Positions 53,035 to 64,000 of a DNA stretch of 64,000 nucleotides are shown piece after piece. Source of the stretch: Hormiphora californensis (lineage: Eukaryota > Animalia > Ctenophora); the NCBI GenBank assembly GCA_020137815.1, contig CM035357.1, positions 992,001 through 1,056,000 on the forward strand, read 5' to 3'. Each line of letters starts with the position of its first letter. Position 1 is the stretch's first letter. Made by a program: the position numbers and the translations under genes. Under the pieces are notes generated by a model that was given only the letters and a program-made list of their open reading frames with translations, was not told where the DNA came from and ran no database searches.

Positions 53035-53593
53035 AAGTAAAAGACACTGTGACAGAAAACCTCTAGCCACTTTTCAAACTTTATCAAATCAATTATTCAG
53101 ATTAAGAGCCGAAAACAATTCCCTACAACATTCTAGACTTTGAAACACTTCCAGGTACTTAAATATCGGAAACTTATCAAAGCAATAATTCAGAGCAAGG
53201 GTTGGCTTATGTTCTTCGAACTTATGTCATAGGATATAGATATTTTGGCGAATAGAAGAAACATTTTCCCTACAACATCTTTTGAATCTGTTTTAGCATA
53301 TTTTGCTGTAAAGTCGGATTTTTTGTTGTCACCCCCTGGATGGCACTCTATTTTTATTTGCGTGTCAGAAACTTGTTTTGGCTCTCACACCTTTGTTTCT
53401 TGACCAATTTCGTCAAATAAAAACTTTACGGACTCACAAAATTATGCTCTTTACGGTAATCTATTGATTTTCGCGGTCGAGACGGGTTATGGCTTCCCGA
53501 CGAGCACTGACTACTGATTTATGATTAAAGTGCGTTTCAAACGACTTGACCTGAGATTCCTGGAAATTCAGGATTTCCCCTTTGTAAATACAC

Positions 53594-53830
53594 GGGCGCC
53601 GTTACGATCTGGGTGTTTGGAGGCCTGTTTACAGGTGCGCGCTGCCAAAAAAGTTGATTCACTAAAATGGCTCTAACCGCCAAACCACTCAACCGTTTTG
53701 GCTGATTCAAAGTTTATCTGGTAGGGAATGTCAAGGCCTAACCCCAACCCTAACCCTAACCCTACTTTAGCCCTAACCCTAAAAAACCGTTTGTCAGCAC
53801 TCCCAAAACACCCAGATTTTAACGCTGGCC
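53594..53830. mobile_element. Small MITE with internal (AACCCT)n
   Basis: Imperfect TIRs GCCGTTACGATCTGGGTGTTTGGAG and CTCCCAAAACACCCAGATTTTAACGCTGGCC. Confidence 0.55.
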
Positions 53831-53834
53831 TAAA

Positions 53835-53865
<31 letters not shown>

Positions 53866-55200
53866 TAATAATAACAGAATTTATATACACGCTCAGACCC
53901 CGTAGGGTACCAGAATCCAGAAAACACTAGTACTACGGAGCTTCAGAGCGGTTCACCTCTGTATATAAAACCTAAAACTCTAGATAAACTATAGAAACAA
54001 AAAATGTCCATCTAGTAAAAAGTCCGGTGCTCAGATGCTCAAAGTCCAGTAACAAAACCTAGTCAAAATCATAAACACAAACATAACCAACACAGTTCAA
54101 TACGCTCACGTTCACGCCCTCACACCACCACCTCCATAACCTTGCCTCCTCTTATCCCAAAGGTCTTGCCTGGTGCCGCCGCCTTCCTCTCCTTTAGCTC
54201 AGCCACCAACTTCCTCCTCTCCTCTCTCTCTTCCGGGGAACGGTCCGGGGAGATGTACAGATCTTTATACCTATCCGACTTCTTCAGACCACTTTTGTGG
54301 GACAGGATCAGATCTCGAAATTCACGGCCAGACAGGCGCAGTTTAACAGGTCGGTCAGTACCCTCCTTGTACCTTCCGAGACGCGTCATGCTGTAAACAC
54401 TAGTCACACATTCACCCATGTAGTCGAAAACTCCACAAACTGAATGTTCCAGATCTTTACTACTTTCACTGGGATCATCAAATAGTCCATGGACAATCAC
54501 GTTACTTGTCCTGTCCTCTGTAGCACTCGTTATTGCAGTACGAATACGTTTCGGAGCTAGAGCACTGTCACAACTCTTTTTCAGAACTGAGGAAAACGTC
54601 TTTATCTCCTCTTCGGCAATAGACTGCACAGCAGTAATCTCCTTATCTCGCTTCCCTAACAACTCACACTGCAATTTAACCAGCTGCCCCTGTGCCTCAA
54701 CCAATGCTCGCTGAGAAACAATCAGCTCCTCTTGACTATCCAGTAGTTTCCTCTCATTGTCTTCAACTTCAGTACTCAGACGGTCGAGCAACGGGTAACA
54801 CCTCTCCATCAGGAAACGGCACACTTTCTCTGTGAAATCCTCTAGTTCTGGCTTCTTTATCCCCTTGATCTTACTCTTGCTTGGACACTTCAGGCTATCC
54901 CACACACTACGTCCGGCAGTCAAACTCTTCGGGAAGGAATCCTTGATACCAGCATGTGTAAACAGGTCCCGTACCAGGTCAAATAACTCGCCCTGCACTT
55001 CACCATACACGCCTCTCTGTACCCTTTCATCACTATAGACTCTCAGCCGGTCTTTGAAACTACAAGCAGAGGCTGTACTACCACTCATAGCAGGAGAGAT
55101 AGATATCTCAAATTAATTTGTTTAAAGTAGTGTTGAAAAGTTTGAAATAACACTAAAAATATTTAAATCGCTTTGGAGCGAAAAGTGTTTATCTCGATCA
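53831..55200 (-). mobile_element. Non-LTR element encoding only ORF1 (CDS 54120-55088, 322 aa) with a (TTA/TTTA)n tail
   Basis: Coiled coil, RRM-like NVIVHGL..RLGR..RPVKL, and YISPDRSPEEREERRKL, typical of CR1/L2-type ORF1. Short 3'UTR then a microsatellite tail at 53831-53874. 5' end approximate. Confidence 0.75.
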
Positions 55201-55313
55201 ACTCATGAATAAGCATCATCCCGATCAAAACTCGCTTTCTAAAGCGCATCTTCTTGTGATGTACTTTGAAAAGTCATTTGGAAAGGTTAAATAGAATGAT
55301 GTGTTGTGTCATC

Positions 55314-55590
55314 TTACACACACTCTATTAATCCCTTTCTAAGTCTATATTGTTTATCTGAATTTTCACTCCTTAATCTTTTCAGGGACTCAAGAGTTTT
55401 ACGTCTCAACTCCCTCTCCTCAAATGTCCTGTCCGGACCAATGTACACATTATGAAAATTATCCGACTGTTTCAGCTCCTTTGCCTTCTTCAACAAGGTT
55501 AACAGATTCTCCCTCGACGACAGGGTGGCAATCATTGGCCGAGTCTTGTTCTCAGCTTTTGGTCCAACACGCTTCACGTCGGTGATACAC
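55314..55590 (-). mobile_element. Truncated ORF1 C-terminal fragment of a related LINE family
   Basis: RVGP..RPMIATL..VYIGPDRTFEERELRRK parallels the neighbouring ORF1. Confidence 0.7.
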
Positions 55591-56043
55591 GCACAATGCG
55601 CCAAATTCCAAGAATTACGGGTCAAGTCGCTTGAAACGGACTTTAGGCTTATGTTTGATAGGAAATCTCAAGCTCTAACCCCAACCCCGACTCCAATCCT
55701 AATCCTAACCCGGCCCTACTTTAGCGCTAAACAAACCATGACTCATGAGTGTGAAAAAATCAAAAGGTTTGAGTCAAAACAGCCAGATTTTTGCCCCGTT
55801 TTGACTTTTGAGCGCGAGCCGAGGAATTTCAAATATTCTGCATTTGAAAATCCGGCGTACAGCGTAAAACGCGAAATTATATACGACTGCGCTGCATTTT
55901 CATGCGCGCGTAGTTATTTCAGTCGTAGGTGTTCAAGATTTGAATGTCGCGTTGGATGAGATCCATTTGCTGCCGATTTCGAAAGACGTGTCCCTTTTCG
56001 AATCCCTCAAATTCCTAATTTGTTGTCACTTGTCACTGTCGCC

Positions 56044-59000
56044 ATGCAGTCAACCATCTTTGTTTTGGCCCTTTTGGCTGTAGCAGCTGCTAAATACGAC
56101 CCTAAAAACTGTGAAGGTAGGTGACACACGGTACAACACACTTGACACTGACCACTGACCGACATGTTATCACAACATAATTTACACAATCGTGTATAAA
56201 CCAATGTACCATATCTTTCTATTGTTTACGTGTTGGCTTGGTTTGTGCAAATATGTGGAAATAAATGGAAGCTCCTAGCAACCTAACAACAGAAGGTTAG
56301 TGTAACAATCCTGCTTGAAATTCCATCCCAATTTGCTGTTTGACCTTTCACTAACATACGAACCTTGGTTATTAGCAATGCTCAGTTACGAGTCGAGTTT
56401 GTTTCTGGCGGTGGTCGGATCACTCCTATTCGCCGGATGTGCGTGGCTGTTCAGTTTCGGTAACAGTGTCGATATGTTCGATGAACTTAGACGGATGGAT
56501 AAGCGACAGGTGAGGAAAAGAGAAATATATTTTCCTATTTTAGAAGTGTTTTAGTATAGTGATAGAGTGTTACCCCTCCATTATAACTCGTTTTCCGTAG
56601 CTCAGTTCCTTCCATTCATATAACCCCGCCCGTGGTATTCTTCCCTCACTTTCCTTCCCTAACCTCACCTAACCTCACTATTCCTCCTTGCTACTCCTCC
56701 CCTAACCTTACGATCCCTCACCTGACCTCACCTAACCTCATTATTCCTCCTTGCTACTCCTCACCTAACCTCACTATCCCTCACCTCACCTAACCTCACT
56801 ATTCCTCCTTGCTACTCCTCCCCTAACCTCAAGATCCCTCCCTGACCTCACCTAACCTCACTATTCCTCCTTGCTACTCCTCCCCTAACCTCACGATCCC
56901 TCCCTGACCTCACCTAACCTCACTATTCCTCCTTGCTACTCCTCCCCTAACCTCACGATCCCTCCCTGACCTCACCTAACCTCACTATTCCTCCTTGCTA
57001 CTCCTCCCCTAACCTCACTATCCCTCACCTGACCTCACCTAACCTCATTATTCCTCACTATCCCTAACATCATCTAACATCATTATCCCTAACCTCATCT
57101 AACCTCATTATCCCTCCCCAGGTGATTTACCAGTTCCTAAACTTTGCAATGATTGTCAGTTCAGCTCTAATGTTGTGGAAGGGCCTCTTTGTGGTAACAC
57201 ACTGTGAGAGCCCCATTGTCGTCGTCCTCTCTGGCTCAATGCAGGTTAGATATACATTTATTATTGGGAGAACTGGGTACATTTTGGTCGCCTTTTTTTC
57301 CTTCTTTCTTATGCTCTGTTATCTCTCCCCACTCTGTCTTCTCTTCACAGCTACGTGTAATATACTCTCACTAACACCCCTCCCCCGGTTTCTCTCACTA
57401 ACACCCCTCCCCTTACAGCCGGCGTACTACCGTGGTGATCTGCTGTTCCTGTCAAACTACCCAGAACCAATTCGAGTTGGTGAGGTTGTGGTGTTTAGGA
57501 TCCCAGGACGAAACATTCCAATTGTCCACCGAGTCCTGAAGGTCCATGAGAAGGATGATGGGTAGGTGATGCGTGTGTTTGTTTGTTTGTGTGTTTTTTG
57601 TGTTTGTGTGTGTGTGTGTGTTCTGTTTTTTTGTTCGATAAAATTATTCTCTTTGGCCCCTCCACAATCACTGTTTTCGTACCAGTAAAGATTCAGTATT
57701 GAGAGTTGCGGTTCTTCTACATTTTAGTCTCCTTCCACCTTATCCCCAAATTGGGGCATCCCCAATCCCCATTCCCCAGTCCTGCTTCAGTAGCATCTTC
57801 TGGAGTAGCATCATTTCACTGTTTATACAAGATTAACCACATTGAAGTTCACCCCCCCCCCACTCAGATACGTGAAGTTCCTGACTAAGGGCGACAATAA
57901 CAACATTGATGATCGTGGTCTGTACAGCGAGGGGCAACTGTGGCTAGAGGAGAAGGATATTATCGGTCGTGCCAAGGTATAGAACACCATCCCTTATATC
58001 ACCTAATGTCATCCAATATCACCCAATATCCCCCTCTCGCGTTATCGGACGTGCCAAGGTCAGAAACACCCCCCTAAGATCACCTAATGTCACCCAATAA
58101 ATTACCACCACACACAAATTCTATCCAGGCTGATAAATTATTTGTTGGAGACCTAATTATTCCTTTATCGGCATTATTTTCTTTCATCTCAAGTCCTCTC
58201 CCACTACTTCTTGAGAAGGGAGAATTCCCCCTATAATCTGTATACAGGGAGAATAATCCCTATCCATACAGGTCCACCTTGGGACGCCACCTTCTACTAC
58301 TAACCTCACCCTTCCCCCTCTCTCACAGGGCTACCTTCCCTTACTACCTACTAACACACCCCTCTCTCACAGGGCTACCTCCCTTACTAACACACCCCTC
58401 CCCCACAGGGCTACCCCCCTACTACCTACTAACACACCCCTCCCCCACAGGGCTACCTCCCCTACTAACACACCCCTCTCCCACAGGGCTACCTCCCCTT
58501 ACTACCTACTAACACACCCCTCTCCCACAGGGCTACCTCCCCTACTAACACACCCCTCTCTCACAGGGCTACCTCCCCTACTAACACACCCCTCTCCCAC
58601 AGGGCTACCTCCCCTACTAACACACCCCTCTCCCACAGGGCTACCTCCCTTACTATCACACCCCTCTCTCACAGGGCTACCTTCCCCTACTAACACACCC
58701 CTCTCTCACAGGGCTACCTCCCCTACGTTGGAATGATGACTATTTTGATGAACGATAAACCCAACCTGAAATATGCTCTTCTTGGTCTTCTTGCCCTGTT
58801 CGTACTGATCAAACGAGAACAATAAACCAATGTTATACACAGCTGCTGCTTGGAATTGTTGTGACACAGCTGAGAACATGTTGCCACTTTGATGCACAGC
58901 TATAATAGGTTAAGCTCTAAATACTGGGTTCCCAATGTCCATCTTGCTGTTATGGAGGGTGCTTACCGCTGCTTTGAAGAGGAAGAGGAGGATTCTTTAT

Positions 59001-60206
59001 TCGTATAAACACGTTTAATTTTATTTAATTTGTCATATCCACACATAATATCCATTCTCAATGTTTCACCAAGGTGTCTCTTTAATGTTTTGAAAACTAA
59101 ACTACATCCACAACATGACAAACTTACAATATGACAAAGTAACAACCAACACACTACCATTACTTCCTATAATAAACCCCCTCCCTCTCTCTCTCAGTTT
59201 GTGTTACCTTCCTGGGTAAATTCAGAACTCAATTGGACGCCCTTGATGCCTCCGTTCAATCTAGCCCTGACAAGATTGAGAGTGAGCTAAGGAAGGCCTG
59301 CAAAACTAAGCAACCCAAAGATGAACGATTCGTAAGTGATACAATGATTTTGTTCTGAACAAGTCAATTTGTTCCGATCTTTACTCAATAAATATTTTAC
59401 CTTGTTTCAACTCTCCCTCCTCCCAATGTACCTTTACTACCAATTGTTAACTCTCCCCTCCTCCCAGTATATTCTATAACCAACTCTCCTCTCCTCCTAG
59501 TGTTGGTATATTGGAGCCACTGAGACCTCCCTTTACTACTTACTACCTAAACAATTGTTAACTCTCTCCCCTCCTCTCCTCCCTAGTGTTGGTATATTGG
59601 AGCCACTGACACCTCAGCTACTGGCATGACTCAAGTTGTAACTAAGCCAATGAGCTTCCACAAGCCCGTCGAGAAAATCTGTGGTGACCTGTACAAGAAA
59701 GACGCCCAGATTTGCGACCTCAAATACGGTAAGAGATTGTGTGTTTGACGTCGATTGCTTTTTCGTGTGTGTAGAACTACAGAGATAGCCAGTATGTGTT
59801 CCCATTCGATGCCTCTAAATTTAATGGCACTGAAGGGCATGAAGCAAGAGCCGCGCGCGAACTAGCAAATGAATGACTCAAGTGTATGAAAAGTACAGTG
59901 CGATGCAGTTGGTGCGCGCGGCGCTATGTGTTATACGTCAGCGTATACATTTGCTGTACATTGTACAATGTGTACATCCCTCCCCCATTTTGTACATTCC
60001 ATCCAACCCTCATCTAACCTCCATCCCATTTCTTTCCAGAAAAACAAATCGATCTGAAGACAGTGAACATCAAGAAACTGAAGGTGAAAGACTTGAGGAA
60101 GATCCTAGAACAGAACGGCCAAGATTGCAAGGGTTGCAGTGAAAAGAGTGAATTCGTTAAGAAAGTGGAGGCTATCGCTAGGGAACAGGGCAGAACTGAA
60201 TTGTAG
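56044..60206 (+). CDS. MANF: MANF/ARMET (MANF/CDNF family) ER-stress protein, 4 exons
   Basis: Exons 56044-56116, 59198-59331, 59587-59728 and 60040-60206. Signal peptide, CE|VC, RF|[28 protein letters not shown]|EKQIDL, CKGC, C-terminal RTEL. Missed by the ORF track. Confidence 0.95.
56378..58825 (+). CDS. SEC11: Signal peptidase complex catalytic subunit SEC11, nested in MANF intron 1 on the same strand
   Basis: Exons 56376-56509, 57122-57244, 57419-57561, 57868-57976 and 58712-58825. Motifs: [14 protein letters not shown] (Ser), RGDLLFL, IPIVHRV (His), [26 protein letters not shown]. The stop overlaps AATAAA. Confidence 0.95.
56655..57118 (+). repeat. CCTAACCTCAC-rich minisatellite (about 60-bp unit) filling SEC11 intron 1
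   Basis: Direct reading; many CTAAC branch-point-like motifs. Confidence 0.85.
58295..58726 (+). repeat. About 36-bp minisatellite made of the SEC11 last-exon acceptor junction
   Basis: About 10 extra copies of CTAACACACCCCTCTCCCACAG|GGCTACCTCCCCTA before the true acceptor at 58711. Confidence 0.92.
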
Positions 60207-60986
60207 GATGGACAATGTATTTAGGAATAATTACCCCATGCTAAATGCGTGATTTGCACCCCCCGTGTGCAGTTTTATTGTATTGTTCTCAGTTCTTTGT
60301 GTATTTATAAATAGCTACTTCAGTTGATGATGTTGTGACAACAAATAATGTGTTTTTAGTTTTTAAAAGGGAAGTGGGTGGCGTTAAATGTTAGGGCATT
60401 CTAGACGGAATATAAACCAGTGAACTCTCGTATCCGACCGAATTCTCGAGTTCCCGTGAGAGAGCTGTGCACTTGTCAGCGCTGGAATACCCTATTGATA
60501 CCTGTAAATTTCGCACACACGTGAGTTCTGCATCAGAAGGCCCTAACATTTACCACAAACCGAAGTGGGTGGGGTTTGCTGGGTGAATTTCGGTTCAATT
60601 CTCCAAAAATGTCTACGTCCCACCCCCCAATTCGTCAAGTATACATCTCCCCTCTCTCGTTTAATCCCTCCCAGACCAACTATCCCTCCCAGACCAACCA
60701 TGACAAATTATCCAAACCAGCTGTTATTACTTCCTCTCTTTGCAAATGAAAAACGCAGGATCTAAGAAAAAAAATGTTATAAACTGTCGAAACACGTGTA
60801 TACACAAATTTTTACCGCTCATTTTGAGCAAAAATTATCTCTATTTATAGCGGAGATAAGGGGTATTTGGGGGTAAGAAGATATTATATATATCCTAAAT
60901 ATTGTCATATTGTAACATATGTTGAGATAAACTGGGTTACATGATGGGGGTATGTGTACATGAACACACGCCCTCTCGCTCTGTAC

Positions 60987-61095
60987 CAGGAACCGACCGA
61001 CACAAGTAAACAACCAATCAGAACTCGTTATTTAGGTCACGTGACTGGTTATCAGCCAATCATGGACCAGTATTTCCTGATTCGGTCGGTTCCTG
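60987..61095. mobile_element. 109-bp hAT-like MITE, copy 3
   Basis: Same TIRs; flanks CTCTGTAC and CTCTGCAC. Confidence 0.9.
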
Positions 61096-61684
61096 CTCTG
61101 CACACACAGAGAGCCGAGATTGGGGGCCAAAAATCACACTGGGGATCATAATTTATCACAGAAGGGACAGAAAACAGAGACCATCTCCTGGAATACTGGC
61201 ACGCAACAAGAAGAGACGTTTTGGGATCACTCTCAAATTGGTCAGTCGTCATCAAAGAGGTCCCTTTCTCCATCCCCTATGGCTGGTACATAATATTTTC
61301 ACTAACATCTTCAGACGGAAAACAATCACACAAAAACAATATGATCAGGGACTATAATAATGTTACGGTGCTAAAAATATCACACTCTCTGCCCAAATAT
61401 CACACACTCTCACACACTCACACAATAAACAACATTTTGCACCGTAAGTGACGTTACTGTATTAACTGACGTAAAAATATCAAACTAAACTTTCCCTCAT
61501 CTCTCACAAAGCAAAACACAGCAAACCAGGGAACTTAATAGTTTTACTTAAAAAAAGGGGGTAATTGTAGGAATTTTGTACGCTCAGGAAGTTTTCAGAA
61601 TGGTTTTACTGCTCTGAGTGAGAGACGGAGGGAGAGATTTAGAGAGATAGAATAAAGACACACCGTATGTAATATGTATAAGAG

Positions 61685-61793
61685 CAGGAACCGACCGAAA
61701 CAAGTAAACAACCAATCAGAACTCGTTATTTAGGTCACGTGACTGGTTATCAGCCAATCAGCGACCAGTATTTCCTGATTCGGTCGGTTCCTG
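61685..61793. mobile_element. 109-bp hAT-like MITE, copy 4
   Basis: Same sequence and TIRs. Confidence 0.9.
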
Positions 61794-62054
61794 GTATAAT
61801 AGATCAGCATATTATAATCATGTAAGGGAGGGAGCGGACGGCGGAAGATATTATACACTTATAAATCTATACCTATAGTTATATGCCTTAGTATTATAAT
61901 CGTGTATATATAACATATATGTGCTCTAAAATGTTATTATCGTATATAATTTAAAGAAGACCAATCCTTTAACATTCGACGAAGGATAATCCTCCCCGAT
62001 TCCTGCCCCTCCAATGCAAATGGTGTCAAGTCGCCCCAGATACACAAACGAGAA

Positions 62055-62390
62055 GAGAGAAGGGAAACCTCATCTCCGACATTATATGTGAAGGGAGGGG
62101 AAACCACCTCTCCGACATTATATGTGAAGGGAGGGGAAACCACCTCTCCGACATATGTGAAGGGAGGGGTAACCACCTCTCCGACATATATGAAGGGAGG
62201 GGAAACCACCTCTCCGACATATGTGAAGGGAGGGGTAACCACCTCTCCGACACATATGAAGGGAGTGGTAACCACCTCCAACAAATCTGTGTGAAGGGAG
62301 GGGTAACCACCTCTCCGACATATATGTGAAGAGAGGGGTAACCACCTCTCCCACGAAGGGAGGGGTAACCACCACCTCTCTCCGACCTGT
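62055..62390. repeat. About 33-bp minisatellite (GAAGGGAGGGGTAACCACCTCTCCGACATATGT)
   Basis: About 10 copies. Confidence 0.9.
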
Positions 62391-62683
62391 ATGTAAAAGG
62401 GACAACTAGGGCGGGAAAAGCGAGGGAGGAATCCTTGATACATAGTGTAGGGAGGGTTCAACAAGTTGTGGTTACACACTCTGTATCAGTTGGTACAGAC
62501 TATCAGCACCAGACCTTCTTTCCACTGCTATAAAACCTGCCAGGCCAGTGCTCTGACCGCTGTTCTTGCGAGGTCAATGATCTGACAGACTCATAGTACG
62601 GGAAATGACGGTGTAAGAGCTGTAACACAACTTGAAACAACCGACCAAATGGAAATATGGACAATTACAAATGATCATTATAG

Positions 62684-62792
62684 CAGGAACCGACCGAAAC
62701 AAGTAAACAACCAATCAGAACTCGTTATTTAGGTCACGTGACTGGTTATCAGCCAATCAGGGACCAGTATTTCCTGATTCGGTCGGTTCCTG
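62684..62792. mobile_element. 109-bp hAT-like MITE, copy 5
   Basis: Same TIRs; flanks CATTATAG and GATTATAG. Confidence 0.9.
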
Positions 62793-63050
62793 GATTATAG
62801 GGCCAATATATTGGACTAGTAGGAGGCAAATGATAGAGACCGAGGATAGACTTTTAGGAACGCTTTTACATCATCAGCATATATCTGTATCTTTAGGGGA
62901 AAATTGTGTGGATTTAGGAGATACTTTCCTGATTTCTCTCCTAAACCTCAAACGATTCGCATTGCTGATATATAGCGTTGAGTAATCTTAGGCTTTACCA
63001 AAACCATCTTACCTTGCTCACACACACACACATTCACACATTCACACTTA

Positions 63051-63167
<117 letters not shown>

Positions 63168-64000
63168 GAACTGACGTTATGAAACTCCTGTCGCACACGT
63201 AATAATAATAATAATAATAATATGTAATTATAGCTATGTGTTGTATAACTATGAAGCGATGGAGAGCGTTATACAGCAATGTGTGCAACACTTAGAGGGA
63301 TTACAATAATGGATTGTACAACTAACTCTAACACACCACTCCTTAGAATAACATGTGCTGTTAGAAAGTAGTGTGGATTAGAGATACTTATTGCACATAT
63401 AATAAACCTCCAATATTGTAGCCTTGTCCCAGGTCCCTGTCTCACAAATGTAAGAGGGTTAGAACAAGCCTTGTCCCAGGTCCCTGTCCCACAAATGTAA
63501 TAGGGTTAGAACAAGCTTGTTGTAGCCTTGTCCCTGTCTCACAAATGTCCAGGGTTAGAACTTGTTGCACACACAGCTCAGTGTTGTAAGGGTGCACGTG
63601 TCGTGCAATGGCACATTAGCTACTGATCACTTTTCCATTGGAAAAACATTCGGATAATAAACAGATATAACGGATATATATAATGATATTATGTCTATAA
63701 TGTAGATATATATTGTAGAGGATGTATTATAATTTACTAAGTTGGAGGATAGTTGAATCTAACTCGCATACCTCGAGAGAGGTTTAGTGGGAGTTAGAAA
63801 CATGGCATATCGAAAGGAGTGTCGCCCCTTAAACCCTATTTATAGTCTCCTACGGAGAGGGTGTTTCAAGCACGCAAGGGGTACAAGGGGGGACTCTGAT
63901 CACACACCTACTACTGCACTCTAATCCTATCAAATTAAGGAGAGGTGTGAGCCAGACATATATGACAGCAGCTCAGGTAATATATAATGTGAGGCAGACC

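Noticed and set aside
53735-53782. (AACCCT)n as an interstitial telomere
   Set aside because: Short, degenerate and internal to a MITE.
55960-56043. ERSE/UPRE element upstream of MANF
   Set aside because: Only a partial GACGTG is present; no CCAAT-N9-CCACG or full TGACGTGG is seen.

Overview
Animal genomic DNA that is gene-dense, intron-containing and rich in (AG)n/(AC)n microsatellites. The style fits a non-bilaterian such as a ctenophore, but that is inference. Genes reconstructed by hand, in order: JNK (-), phosphorylase kinase gamma (+), kinesin light chain with exons 1-2 on - and the rest on +, an intronless degenerate PAM-like gene (-), SNX9/18/33 (-), a TRPM channel (+) with a nested antisense coiled-coil ORF, an intronless class-A GPCR (+), LINE ORF1 sequences (-), and MANF (+) with the whole SEC11 signal-peptidase gene inside its first intron on the same strand. 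Best candidate for a new system: the MANF/SEC11 unit. The MANF signal-peptide exon is phase-compatible with a SEC11 first exon that carries an extra transmembrane helix, so one promoter and first exon could yield either ER protein. Other highlights: two tandem 81-nt mutually exclusive JNK exons, minisatellites built from duplicated splice junctions in nearly every gene, and an RFX X-box minisatellite in the SNX/TRPM bidirectional promoter. Several MITE, Helitron and retroelement insertions are present. Caveat: single-base indels, garbled sequence at about 13.5-20.6 kb and apparent haplotype duplications show the assembly is imperfect.
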